Shown here in pieces: positions 36,073-47,900 of a DNA stretch of 64,000 bases (the first letter of the stretch is position 1; each line of letters opens with the position of its first letter). The stretch is from Takakia lepidozioides. Taxonomy: Eukaryota; Plantae; Bryophyta. The stretch is from the NCBI GenBank assembly GCA_030704615.1, contig CM060733.1:56730001-56794000 (forward strand), given 5' to 3'. The translations under genes were made by a program, and so were the position numbers. The notes beneath the pieces are model-generated. The model did no database searches. It saw only the letters and a program-made list of their open reading frames with translations, and was not told the origin of the DNA.

Positions 36073-37413
36073 CTAGCTAAGCTGGCTAAGCATGCATTTC
36101 CTCCCCCACGCTCCAAGGTTGATGTCCCCATCAACGCTTCTTCGCTTTTGAGGTCGCCCTTCGAAAACTGCAACCGCCTCGGATGCGTTTCCCATTTCTG
36201 AGGCACGCACCCAAGATGCCTCCACATGATGATAGCCCTTCCATTTGACGAGATACTCTGTTTCTCGGTTCTTGAACCTCCTCGACTTAAGTACTGCCTC
36301 CACCTCGTACTCAGGTTCATTTTCATGATCTGACAGCACAGGTGGCGGACGCAACATTTGATGCCGATCCGGACGCACTTCATCTTTGAAGTAAGGCTTC
36401 AAAAGGGAGACGTGAAATACTGGATGCACCTTGCTGTTTGTCGGCAGCTCCAATTCATACACATCCTCATTCATAACCTTCCGGATGCGAAAGGTCCCGC
36501 ATACGGAGGTACGAATTTTGGACTCACTTCCGGAGGTAGTCGGAAATTCTTGATGTTCACCAGACCTCCGTGCCTGCCTCAAACTTCACTTCCCTCCGCT
36601 TCCGATTCGCCTGCCTTTCATACCGTTTCCTCGCTTGGCAATGTTGTATTTTGCGAGCTTCAACAAATGCTCGCGTTCTTCCAGTACCGCCGCTACTGCC
36701 GGTTCCTCAACGTCCTGGGCGGCCCAACTTGTCGGCACCAGAGGTGCTTTTTCATAGACCAATACGAAAGGGGAAACTCCCGTTGCGGAGTGTTCTGTGT
36801 TATTATAACAGAACTCTACCGCGTCTAAGTGTTCCACCCAGTCTGATTGGTCTGCCGACACGTAATTCCGCAAGATTTGCTTCACTACGGAATTCACTCT
36901 TTCCGTTTGGCCGTCTGTCGTAGGTCGGAAGGCGGTGCTCATCTTCAGCCTCGTCCCCATCTTCTTCCAAAGTGTCCTCCAAAATTTACTCGTAAACTTT
37001 GGATCGCGGTCCGAGACAATATCCTTCGGGACTCCATGATGTTTTAAGACGTGGGCGAAGTAAAGTCGCCCTGTCTCTTGCGCCGTTGCCGTCTCCTTGG
37101 TGGGGATGAAATGGCCCATTTTACTGAACTTATCCACCACCACCATGATTGCATCGAATCCTTTTGACAGCGGCATAGCAGTCATGAAATCCATCGAGAC
37201 GCTTTCCCAAGTCCCCCCTGGAATCGGCAAGGGTTGTAACAGCCCCGCTTGCTTTTTGTACTCGCTCCAGTTTTGTTGGCATGTGGTGCATGTCTTGACA
37301 TACTCCTCTGCCTCCTCCCTCAGTTTGGGCCAGAAATACTCTTTCTTCAAGAGTGCCGCAGTGCGCTTGGCTCCGCCGTGGCCCGCAAGCGGGCTATCAT
37401 GGCATTCTCTCAA
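36073..37413 (-). pseudogene. Integrase plus chromodomain (frameshifted)
   Basis: ECHDSPLAGH...CTTCQ (HHCC), SMDF / SDRD / TDGQTER (DDE), HPVFHVSLLKP, EYEVEAVL...EYLVKWKGY...SW. Confidence 0.95.
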
Positions 37414-37539
37414 GAGACTATCTCTGATCCTCCCTTTGGCACGTAGAGACGCTTTTGCTTATACCGGAACAGTCCATTTTGCAAGTGGAATTGCGATTTA
37501 ACCCCCCTCCTCAAGTCCTGCATCACGGACTTCGCCAGC

Positions 37540-38912
37540 TCATCCTTCTGGCAAGCCTTCCGGATCTTCCTTTGGAGCGCGCGTCTCGCCCCTGTACACC
37601 AATAAGAGCTGTTGCTTTCTACTTAAAGCATCGGCCACCACATTGTCACGTCCCGATTTGTAATGGATATCCACGTCAAACACCGCCAAAATATCTTGCC
37701 ACCTAAGTTGTTTTGGGGACAACTTGGGCTGCGTGGCAAAATACTTCACCGTAACATTGTCCGTGAACACCTTCACTGGGTTGGAACCAACATAGTGGCG
37801 CCAAAGCTCAAGACAGTGCACCACCGCCTTCATCTCTTTCTCGTGCGTCGGCCACCGTCGCTCCACTTCGTTCAGTTTCTTACTTTCGTAAGCCACTGGA
37901 CGTCCATCTTGCATCAGTACACCCCCAATCGCAAAGTCCGACGCATCTGTATGAATCTCGAACGGCCGATCGAACTCCGGGAATTTCAAGACTGGAGCTT
38001 CCGCCATCCGCTGCTTCAATTTCAGCAAAATCTTGCCTCCTTTGTTTTCGAATACACCAAGATGTCGTCGATGTACACGATCACAAAGTCATCCATTCAC
38101 TCCTGGAAAAGGCTGTTCATCAACATGCTAAAGGTCGCGGGTGCATTGGTGAGCCCAAAAGGCATGACCAAGAACTCATATGAACCATACCTTGTCCTGC
38201 ACGCGGTCTTCTCCTCATCTCCTTCCGCCACTCGAATTTGATGATAGCCGGAGCACAGATCGATCCGGCTGAAATACTTCGCTCCTGCCAACCGATCGAA
38301 AAGGTCGTCGATCCTTGGCAAAGGATACCGGTTTTTGATAGTTACTTTATTCAAAGCCCTGTAATCGACACACATCCGCAGCGTCCCATCCTTCTTGTCT
38401 GCAAATAGCACCGGGGCTCCGTAAGGTGACTTACTCGGCCGGATGTACCCCTTTGACATTAGATCTTTGAGCTGAGTCTTCAGCTCGACCAACTCTCTGT
38501 GGCTCAACCGGTAGGGCGCCTTGGCAGGCGGTTCCGATCCCGGTATCACCTCAATCTTGTGGTCAACTCCTCTTCGCGGTGGCAAGCCGCTTGGTAAATC
38601 CTCCGGCATCACATCCTGGTATCTCTCCAAAATCCCCTTGATCCAATCTGGGCTCGGCTCCCTATCGCCTTCTCCCTTCACTTCTCTTATGTAAAGCAAA
38701 AACTGGGGCTCCTGTGCCTCCTCCACGGCCCACTCCCTTGCTGACAGAAGGTTTATTCGCCCTCCCACGGGTTGGGCGTTTCCAATACTCGTAAGACTTC
38801 GCCACCATCCCCACATGGTAGCGTGACTACTCTTTTGCGGCCATCTATGACCGCTCCGGATTTGCTCAAAAAGGTCATCCCCAAAATGAGATCCACTCCA
38901 TCGATCTCGCAA
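37540..38912 (-). pseudogene. Reverse transcriptase (stop codon, internal deletion) and RNase H
   Basis: [12 protein letters not shown]...YPLPRIDDL...[22 protein letters not shown] (about 38050-38090), IHTDASDFAIGGVL. Confidence 0.95.
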
Positions 38913-40366
38913 ATGGTGAAGTTCTCACGTCCTTCCCATTTCCCCAGTTGAAGAGGGACATCGAACGCCAACCTCGTCGCCAATTGCGGTTCTCCTTTGG
39001 CAGAACGCACCTCAATAGAGGCCCCCACGTCACTTGTCGGGAGTCCCAGCTTTTGTGCCGTTGCCGGTGTCATGAAGGAGTGCGACGCTCCTGTGTCCAC
39101 CAACAATGACACGTTAGTTCCGGATATTATCCCATCCACGAACAATAACTGACTCCCTTTAAGTAAGGCGCCAGTTTCCTGATACAGTTCACAAGAAAAT
39201 TTGCCTACCTTGCAAGTCCTGGCGACCACCGCTCCACCAAGCGACTGATGGTATCTTCCGACAGCTCTGTGGTCGCCCGAGTCATGTTCAATTGTCGGGG
39301 CTTCGTGCACTTCTTGGCCATGTGCCCGGGCTCCCCGCAATTGAAACACACTCCATCAAAGGTCGCCTTCTGTCTGCCATAGGCCGCTCCACCCGCTTTT
39401 CTTTTTGAAGCACCGGGTGCCGCCTTGACTTGTGAAGGCCCTCCCTTCGATTTCCACGTGCCATTGTCGCCGCGTGGCCTATCCCACTTCTTTTCCGGTC
39501 GGAAGGCGTCACCTTCCCGCCGGGTCTTCTTGTGGTTCAGCTCCGTACGGCCTTGTCTTTCACCCCTAGGGACATCCGAGAAACATTCAGCCCTCTCAAT
39601 TGCCTCGTTCAAAGTCTTAGGTGGCTTCTCCTCCAACTTCCGCCTAGCCCATGGGGCCAGTCCCGCCACAAAGTTGAAGACCATTTCTGGTTCTGCCATG
39701 TCCGCGACTTCGAGCAACAGCAATTGAAAGCCTGGACATATCCCCGAATGTCATCTGTTTGCTTCAAATTCCTCATCTTGTCCCGGGCAAGCCAGGACGC
39801 GTTGAGGGGCACAAACTGCCTTTTCATCAATTCCTTGAACCCACTCCAATTCAAGGTTTCCGGGCTTGGACCTCGGTCGTGAAGGCGTTTCTGCACCATT
39901 GTTGAGCATAGCCTCTCAAATAGGTGGGAGCCACTTCCACCCGGTCCTCGTCACTCAACTTGGCCGCCCGGAAGTACTGCTCTAGCTCCAGGAGCCAGGT
40001 GTTGAGTGCCTTCCGATTTCGGACGCCCTTGAAGGTGTCGGGTTCCTTAGGCTTCACCTTAAATTTTGCCTTAGTGGAAGTGGCATTAGCCGCCTTCAAC
40101 ACGTCTTTCAACGTCCCGCCAAATTGCGCCAACAATCCTTCCCAAAAGGCTGCCGGCATGGGAGGCATCTGTTGGTCGGTCGGAGCTCTCAGGGATTCCT
40201 CGGGCTCCGACTCCTCATATTCCTCCCGCTCTTGAGCGGCCTCGTTTTCGGAGACATGCATCGCTTCCTCAAACGGCCGCCTCGGTGACACGTCGCCCCC
40301 ATCGGGCTCACCATGATCATCATCTTTTGGGTCTACGTGAACGTTGCATGATGAGGCCAATCCCAA
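38753..40366 (-). pseudogene. gag and aspartic protease (frameshifted)
   Basis: KPKEPDTFKG, CFNCGEPGHMAKKC, LLVDTGASHSF. Confidence 0.92.
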
Positions 40367-40390
40367 GGACGATCACGTACTGAACTCTAA

Positions 40391-40402
40391 GCTCTGATAC
40401 CA
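40391..40402 (-). promoter_or_regulatory. Primer-binding site for initiator tRNA-Met
   Basis: TGGTATCAGAGC on the - strand, 2 nt from the 5' LTR. Confidence 0.95.
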
Positions 40403-40404
40403 AG

Positions 40405-41129
40405 TGTCGCGCACCTACTTCGGTAAGCTCCCCTTCAAGTCATAGTTGCTAGCTTGATGCGCGCGCCTAACTCCCAACCTGGCCGTCAGACCAACTTGGA
40501 GCTTCGGCTGCTCACCAGGGCATAACGGTCCCCCTTTGATCTCCCAAAGAACCCTCCACCGATTTGGAACCAGCAAGAATTCCCTTTGGTAGTTGGCAGT
40601 CCGGAACAGCTCCCCACTCTTTGGTCGCTTTCCGGCTCGCTCGCTTACTCACTAGTTTTTGGTCACCAACGGGCTTGCACCGTTCTCGGGGTTACTACTC
40701 CCTATATATACTTCTGTAGCTGTCCGCGGGGGTTTCACAACCAGCCATGCCATTTTATGGCGAACCACCACGAAAACCCTCGACTCCCGGTGATGAGTCG
40801 CGGTGAGTCTTGGCCCACTCACCACGGCCCCCATGGACCGTGATGAGTCCCAAGACTCCCCACGACTCCCACCACGAGGTCTCCGCCCCAATGGTGAGTC
40901 CTATGCCACCCCCACTAAGTCCCGCTAAGCTACCACCACCCCTTGTGGAGCCACCCCCACCGCAACCCGGTGTGCGGGGCTCCACCTAGTGAGTGCCTCC
41001 GCCTCCTTGAGTGCCTTGGGCACTCAAGGGTGCTTCAGCCCCCCATACCTATCGCTGCCGCTGCCCCCACCACAGGGGCAGCCCCTCATGTGTCCCGACC
41101 CCCTGCCCTCAAGGCAAAGGGCCGCGACA
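40405..41129 (-). repeat. Chromovirus 5' LTR
   Basis: Direct repeat of 34747-35472, adjacent to the PBS. Confidence 0.95.
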
Positions 41130-41614
41130 TTTTCACAGTGGGCCCTGTGTTCCCCTCCTCCTCATCCTCATAACTGAAGAGAATGTCCCCACTTTCCGAG
41201 CCAGTCCGTCCACACGTAAAGTTTTCACCTATGCACTCATCATACGTCCACTCGCAACAATTCCAGCGATACAGCAACGCTGTGCGTGATCTGTTCGGCT
41301 CCCACCAGGATTGCACGATTCTCTTGGACCCCGGCTGGGGAGCAGGTGGTTCCTACGCATCATGGACCTGGACTCCATTGCTCTCAGCTGGACAAGTCGA
41401 GGATCGTCCCTGTAAACATCCAGGAAGACAATGATGTCGTCTGCTTTCGGGAAAATGACTCCCGTCTGGCGTCGATAGATGTGATTCGGGCACGACATGG
41501 CCTCACGACAAAGCACGAACTCAAAGCAGGGAGGAGATGGGCACAACAGAGAAGAGTGAAGAGCAAAATGAGAGCAAGGCCTCCCTCACCGTAAGGCGGG
41601 TATTTGCTCTCCGG

Positions 41615-42090
41615 AGCCCAATTTCGGCACCGTTATTGGATGGAGTGCGGAAGCTTCAGCCGAGAATTTTGTTTCCGCAGGTCGATTTTGGCGCCATTAT
41701 TGGTTGCAATCCCCAGCCTTCAGCCGGGTATTTGGTTTCCGGACCCAATTTCGGCGTCGTTATCGGCTGCACTCCGGTGGCTTCAGCCGAGTATTTGGTT
41801 TCCAGGGCCCATTTCGGCGCCGTTATCGCCTGCACTCCGGAGGATGCAGCCGGGTATTTGGTTGGCGGAGCCCAATTACTTTCACCGTTGTTGGCTTCAC
41901 TCCCGAGCCTTCAGCCGGCTATTTCTTTTCCTGTGCCCAATTACGGCGCCGTTATACCCAACCATCCTGCACTTCTGCAACAGTACTATCCACGGTTATA
42001 GGTCGCCATTGCGTTTTCGGAGTCTGCAAACCCGGATCCTAATTCCGCTTGCGTCTCTGCCTCTGGGATAATTTCGGTGCCGTTATTGCC
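41615..42090. repeat. Subterminal ~63-bp degenerate tandem repeats of A2 carrying half palindromes (ATTTCGGCGCCGTTAT)
   Basis: About 6 units of ...ATTTCGGCGCCGTTAT...CTTCAGCCGGGTATTTGG... Confidence 0.75.
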
Positions 42091-42295
42091 CAGAATTCAG
42101 TTTTTCTATGACCTGGCCTGGCGGTCCATGAGCCTGGGCTCCAAGTCATGAGCGTACACTGGTACTCATGAGCGGAGTGCTTCCAGCATGAGCGCGGAAA
42201 TCTTCGATTTTCGATTATTTTATAGTTTTGGGCCCGAAAAAAATCTGCTGAAATTCGAAGTGTGTTACTTTGTGGCTCATGGGTGAGCCATGCCC

Positions 42296-42324
42296 GCTCA
42301 TGAGCTCATGGAATAGCAACCCCC
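42296..42324 (-). repeat. Right TIR of A2
   Basis: GCTCATGAGCTCATGGAATAGCAACCCCC followed by the TSD. Confidence 0.88.
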
Positions 42325-42684
42325 AAGAACAGAGACAGGGAAAAAGGGCGAAGAGTGCAGATGGAAAGGTCGCAAGAGGGGTGACTGAGGAGACACGACA
42401 AAAGAAGATGAAACGACGATGATGCACAACTTGGGTCCGAAAGGGTTGGACGAAAGTGTCTCCTCGTGGACTTTGCGTCATTACGAAATTTGAATCGTTC
42501 AGGGTACGCCTGCCATCCGAAAACCAAACATCATTATCCAACGGTGAGGCCGCGCCGCCTCATGCCGCGCCGCCTCATGCCACTTCAGTCAGATAGAGTG
42601 CAGACATGTGCCGCAATTCCGTTGCTCCACGTGTTCACATTTCAAGGCATTTCCGTCCCAGCGTCTGATGAGTTGGAGTGAAAA

Positions 42685-44535
42685 TGCGAATGCGGCGCCG
42701 CATTTCCGTTAAGTACCATCACGAAGCTACACATCCGTACTTGTTGGAAGAAAATGCGGCACCCCATTTCCGTTCCACCTTCACATACCTTAGTTGTTGA
42801 ACGGAAATACGGTGCCGCATTTCCATCCCACAGCTCCATGTATGAGATACAAAAGGGAAATGCGGCGCCGCATTTCCGTTCTGGAATGTCGAAAGGTGCG
42901 ATTCGGACGGAAATGCGGCAGAGCATTTCAGTTCCCGTGGTTCATGATTTTCAATCTGAACGGAAATGCGGTACCGCATTTCCGTTCCCCCTTCACATAC
43001 CTTAGTTGTTGAACAGAAATAGGGTGCCGCATTTCCGTCCCACAGCTCCATGTGTGAGATACAAAAGGGAAATGCGGCGCCGCATTTCCGTTCTGGAATG
43101 TCAAAAGGTGCGATTCGGACGGAAATGCGGCACAACATTAACGGAAATGCGGTACCGCATTTCCGTTCCCCCTTCACATACCTTAGTTGATGAACGGAAA
43201 TGCCGTGCCACATTTGCGTTCGGGAAAGTATAGAGGTCTCACCTGAACGGAAATGCGGTGCCGCATTTCCGGTCTGGAAAGTTTGAAGGTCTCACATGGA
43301 TGTAAATGCGGCACCACATTTCCGTCCCACAGCTCCAGGCCTCATATACAAAACGGAAATGCGGCGCCGCATTTCCGTTCTAGAATGTCGGAAGGTGCGA
43401 CTCGGACGGAAATGCGGTGCCGCATTTCTGTTCCCGTTGTTCACGATTTTCAGTCAGAACGGAAATGCGGTAGCGCATTTCCGTTCTGTAGAGTATTAAG
43501 GTCTGACCGTGGCGGAAATGCGGTGCCACATTTTCGTTCCACAGCTCCATGCCTCACATAAAAAACGGAAATGCGGCGCCGCATTTCCGTTTTGGAATGT
43601 CGGAAGGTGCGGCTCCGACGGAAATGAGGTACCGCATTTCAGTTCCGATGTTTCACGATTTTTCATCGGAACGGAAATGCGGTGCCGCATTTCCGTTCTG
43701 TTGAGTAGGAAGGTCTCACCCGGGCGGAAATGTGGTGCCGCATTTCCGTTTTGGAATGTCGGGAGGTGCGACTCGGATAGAAATGCGCTGCCGCATTTCT
43801 GTTCCGATTGTTCACGATTTTCAGTCAGAACGGAAATGCGGTACCGCATTTCCGTTCTGGATAGTATGAATGTCTCAAGCGATCGGAATTGCGTTGTCTC
43901 AAGCGGTCGGAATTGCACTCGGCTCCATGCATCAGATACAAAACGGAAATGCGTCGCCGCATTTCCGTTCTGGAATGTCGGAAAGTGCGTCTCGGACGGA
44001 AATGCGGTGCCGCATTTCTGTTCCCGTTGTTCATAATTCTCAATCAGAACGGAAATGCGGCACCGCATTTCCGTTCCACCTTCACATACCGTGCTTGCTG
44101 GATGGAAATGCGTTACCGCATTTCCGTTCTGGAGAGTATGAATGTCTTGTGAGGACGGAAATGCGGTGCAGCATTTCTATCCCTCAAGCTCCATGCGTCA
44201 GATATAAAACGGAAATGCAGCGCCGTAATTCTGTTGTGGTATGTCGGAAGGTGGCGGTGCCGCATTTCTGTTCCCGTTGTTCATAATTCTCAATCAGAAC
44301 GGAAATGCGGTACCGCATTTCCGTTCCACCTTCACATACCGTGCTTGCTGGAGGGAAATGCGTTACCGCATTTCCGTTCTGGAGAGTATAAAGGTTTCCC
44401 CCGGACGGAAACTCGGTGCCGCACTTCCGTCGCTCTGGTGCATGACAAAGATGCAATACGGAAATGCGGCGCCGTATTTCCGTCAAGCAGCAATCAAAAG
44501 AATCACTCCGGACGGAAATCTGGAACCTCATTTCT
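42685..44535. repeat. Array of family-B palindromes (ACGGAAATGCGGCGCCGCATTTCCGT) between the divergent ParB-MTase and transposase genes
   Basis: About 30 copies at ~55-65 bp spacing, arranged in higher-order units with recurring spacers. Confidence 0.96.
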
Positions 44536-44994
44536 GTATGCTGAACCTGAATGGGTTGCATTGTTCCGAAACAACACAATTGCGGCCAGTCTTGATGAGC
44601 ACAACTTGGTTGTCTGACCGTTTTTAACTAATAGTACTGGCACTTGTCAGTGCGAACGTTCCTGTCTGCACCGAGAATACTGCTGGATCCACCCTCAAGA
44701 GAAACTGTCAGGAGATGTTATTTCGTCGCCGAATCGGCCATCATTGTCATACTTATTGGCTATGGAATCACACCTCCCACCTTCATGCATGTAGCTTAAA
44801 ACAATACTTTCCACTTCAATGTGCGACTTCCTATCGTCGATGGACTCCGCATGGTGCCTGTGAGCCTCGCTATATTGAACCTCGCACTTGCCAACTTTGT
44901 GCGGTGTTCGATGGCTCTGAATTCCTACGCTATAGTTTGCTGTCCTCCGCAACTTGGGAGAGCCTGGATCCCAAACAAGTGACGACTTTGCAGA

Positions 44995-47900
44995 GTGACT
45001 GAAACTTACCTTTGTTCCAAATTCAAGCTCAAACCGGGCACAGTTTATTTGGAAGAAGAAAAGAAGGATGTTCCTGGACAGGTTGACGAGACCATTGTCG
45101 TGCTAGGTAACGACGGAGGTTGCGGAATCGAATGGCACGTACCCCCATCAGACACCATCTTGTACCGAGCTGTGGGAATGCCCATTCCCTTTCCGAATCA
45201 GTCGCTGCCCACACCATCCACAAAGGAGTCCGGAAACCGACAGGCGGCCACTGCCAACAGAGAGGTATGCAACGATAATCATTCCTGACCTGGACCGTCA
45301 AGACCCTCCATAGCTTCTCGTGTGGACGTATTCGACATTTTTCGACGATGAAGATGAGTGCATTGAGGTCCCCATGTCCTCCACACGGTCGTTCAAATCC
45401 GACATGGACGTCTCTGCAGGTGCTACGCATGTACCCTCGAGCATAATTCCAACCCGGTCCATTGTGCAGCTCCTACGGCAACATCACCTCGATGGTTCTC
45501 GCTCCGAGCTAGCTGCTCTCGACTATGCCAAATTTCCGGTTAGGAAGGTAACGTATCTGCCTCCCAAAGTCGATGGCAATGTCATCTTTGAGTTTCCACC
45601 TGTTACTTCCTCAAACAAAGCCTCAGGGATGTTAACAGACATGGATCGAAAGCATGACGGACACCCCTGGTGTGTGACGAAGACCAGTAGCACGAAAATT
45701 GCTGATGGTGTTCGTGTACGATACGTCCTCTGTGCGGGGAAGCTGAGGTACCTCAATCCCGCCTGCTTCCACTTTCTTTCCAAAGGAGGGCGGAGAAACG
45801 AGACGGATTGGACTGGCACAACGCATCATCCATTCATTGTCTCCAGCCAAGCTCCTGCGGGTACTTTCAAGTGCGCTCATTGCAAAGAACCACCGACGTG
45901 CATGTCCATGTGCAGAGCCAAGCAATATTACGTTATCCATTTGCTCCCGGACTTGACTAGAGCTTGCATACACGTTGGGGTCCACTGCCACCCCTTGGCG
46001 AGAGGCAACATGCGTGAGGCTGTGCAGGAAGCACACGACATCATAAAAGAGGAGGTGAAATTGAGCCCCGGAGCCAGACCAAAGCAGATTCAGCTGAAGG
46101 CAGCCCACAAGATTGCTCTTGGCAAAATCATGTTTGAAGATGGTTCAGACCGAGTGCCCTTGAACGAAGAGGAGATGCTTGACCTGTTGGAGTCCGTCTC
46201 GCACGTTTGTAGTCCGAATGTGCGGAATCACATCGTATCTTGCAAGCAGGAGTTCGGCCGGGGGTCGGACATGCACTCAATCCTGGAGGTGAAACGAATG
46301 ACTGGATATGACTACATCCAAGGTAGCAGGTTTCCAGGGCAAGGCAGCGAATCCGATCGTTGTTACATTTTTAAAATGTCGACGTGTGGGCCTGGGAGTG
46401 GAGTCGACTTGGTCACTCGCATGACAACTGGAAACTTGTCGAATGCTTGGGTGATGTTTGATCACATCAAGCGAATTACAAACCATCAGTGGGTGACTAT
46501 GGGTGCGCATGTTTATGACTATCACTCCAAGAGGCTCATGACGATTGCAATCTGCGAGATGAAAGGGGAGGACACACAGTCGGAGATGCATCTGTGGGAG
46601 GGCATAAACGAGCAGATGGCAAGGCCGGGATTGCCAGAGCCCAATTTCAGGGGATTCATGGCAGACAACGCTCAGGCCAACTGGGCAGCGGTGCGGCGTG
46701 TGTACGGTGAGGACCCCAATGTTCCAATGGAGGGGAAAGAGAGATCCTGTGGATTCCATTGGATGCAGAGTCTATCCCACTACACTACCAAATTTGTTGC
46801 TAGCTCATTCCAGGCTGAACACCGTGTCCTTTGTACGGCGTGGAAGGATGCACCTACATTTGATGACGCGGAGGTTAAGTTTGCTATCATCGAGGCTTGG
46901 TGGAACACGTCAGGTGCAGTGGAGACAACCAATCTGGGAGCCTTGCACAACTGGTTGGGGTGGTGGCATTTCCGGTATCGACAGTTCGGACAGTACATGC
47001 GGGAGGTATGATGCTGTCATTTTCGTGCAATTGTCTTTTTATTACGGACCTTTCCATTGGTTCCTCACCATTGTCTGTGTCCTTGTAGGAGCGGTGCTTG
47101 GATTCCGACACGGACATGCCGAACACGAATATGGCAGAATCAGTGCACTCCTCCTGGCGAGCGTCTTCTGCCGCACATCTGGTGGACGTAGTGACGGCCA
47201 CAACGGAGGACATCGACAGAGCAATCATGCAGCAAGCCACGTACTACAAGTTCCTGAGCGGGAAACAATGGGGCTTTGGGCCGGACAGGGAGGAATTGTT
47301 GGTACGAACAGCTTCGAGGTCGAAGAATCCACTGAAATGGGCGACAACATTGCGAGAGAAGATCAAATGGACGCCTTTGCACCGCAGAGGTGAGCACCTA
47401 GAGGGGGACGTCCGTACTCGCCCTGTGAGGCGGAGGATTGAAGAGGAACCCGGGTGCGAAGAGGATTCCTGGAGATCCAACAGGAACATTCGGACAGCAC
47501 CTCGAGGGCCCGTCATGTTGCCGCACAATGTGTCTTCCAGCAGTGGAAGCCCAAGAAATTCCAGATCGCCATCGCCTTCAAGCGGGGATTCCGTGCGAGA
47601 AATTCCCACTACTCGCTTGCCCCAGATTCCACCCCCTATTATGCAGTATGGCCAAGCCATTGTGGAGACGACTGTGTTTGCGTCACAGTGGAGAATTGCT
47701 CGCACAAAGCCGTTGTTTCGAGGCAGGTGTTCCGTAATTCGAGTGGATACACGGCAATGTTGTTTAGAGATGATAAGGAGGAATCTAGATGGTGTTGTCC
47801 CTGCTCCTACTTTTACAAGAAGATTTGTCCATGCAAAGTTTGCGGAGGCGACAACCACCCAGTTCTGGTTCTGCATGCACGACATTATGACTTGCGTGTA

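Larger units (their letters stand above)
34747..41129 (-). mobile_element. Ty3/Gypsy chromovirus, full length but decayed
   Basis: Two ~725-bp LTRs, TSD TTTTC (34742-34746 and 41130-41134), iMet PBS, gag-PR-RT-RH-INT-chromodomain order. Confidence 0.96.
34559..41546 (-). pseudogene. ORF X of A2, split by the chromovirus (41135-41546 and 34559-34746)
   Basis: IFPKADDIIVFLDVYRDD...LRAME aligns with MFKPESGDIIVWLSVFTD...LHAME; C-terminal part matches 11033-11229. Confidence 0.65.
28739..42324 (+). mobile_element. MULE family A, complete copy A2 (about 7.2 kb without the nested chromovirus)
   Basis: Imperfect TIRs GAGGTTTACTATTTCATGAGCGCATGAGC and GGGGGTTGCTATTCCATGAGCTCATGAGC (reverse complement of the right end); 9-bp TSD AAGAACAGA at 28730-28738 and 42325-42333. 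Confidence 0.93.

Noticed and set aside
42685-44535. CRISPR-like array (palindromic repeats with ~35-bp spacers); also 12435-14112, 31780-33350 and 56765-58430
   Set aside because: Spacers recur in higher-order units, spacing is irregular, there are no cas genes, and the context is eukaryotic.
42642-44627. Many overlapping ORFs with repeated EMRRRIS / KCGAAFP / GNAAPHF peptides (also MNFGAEIH in the A arrays and MEIRRRIS in the C array)
   Set aside because: These are translations of the palindromes in all six frames, with no independent coding evidence.
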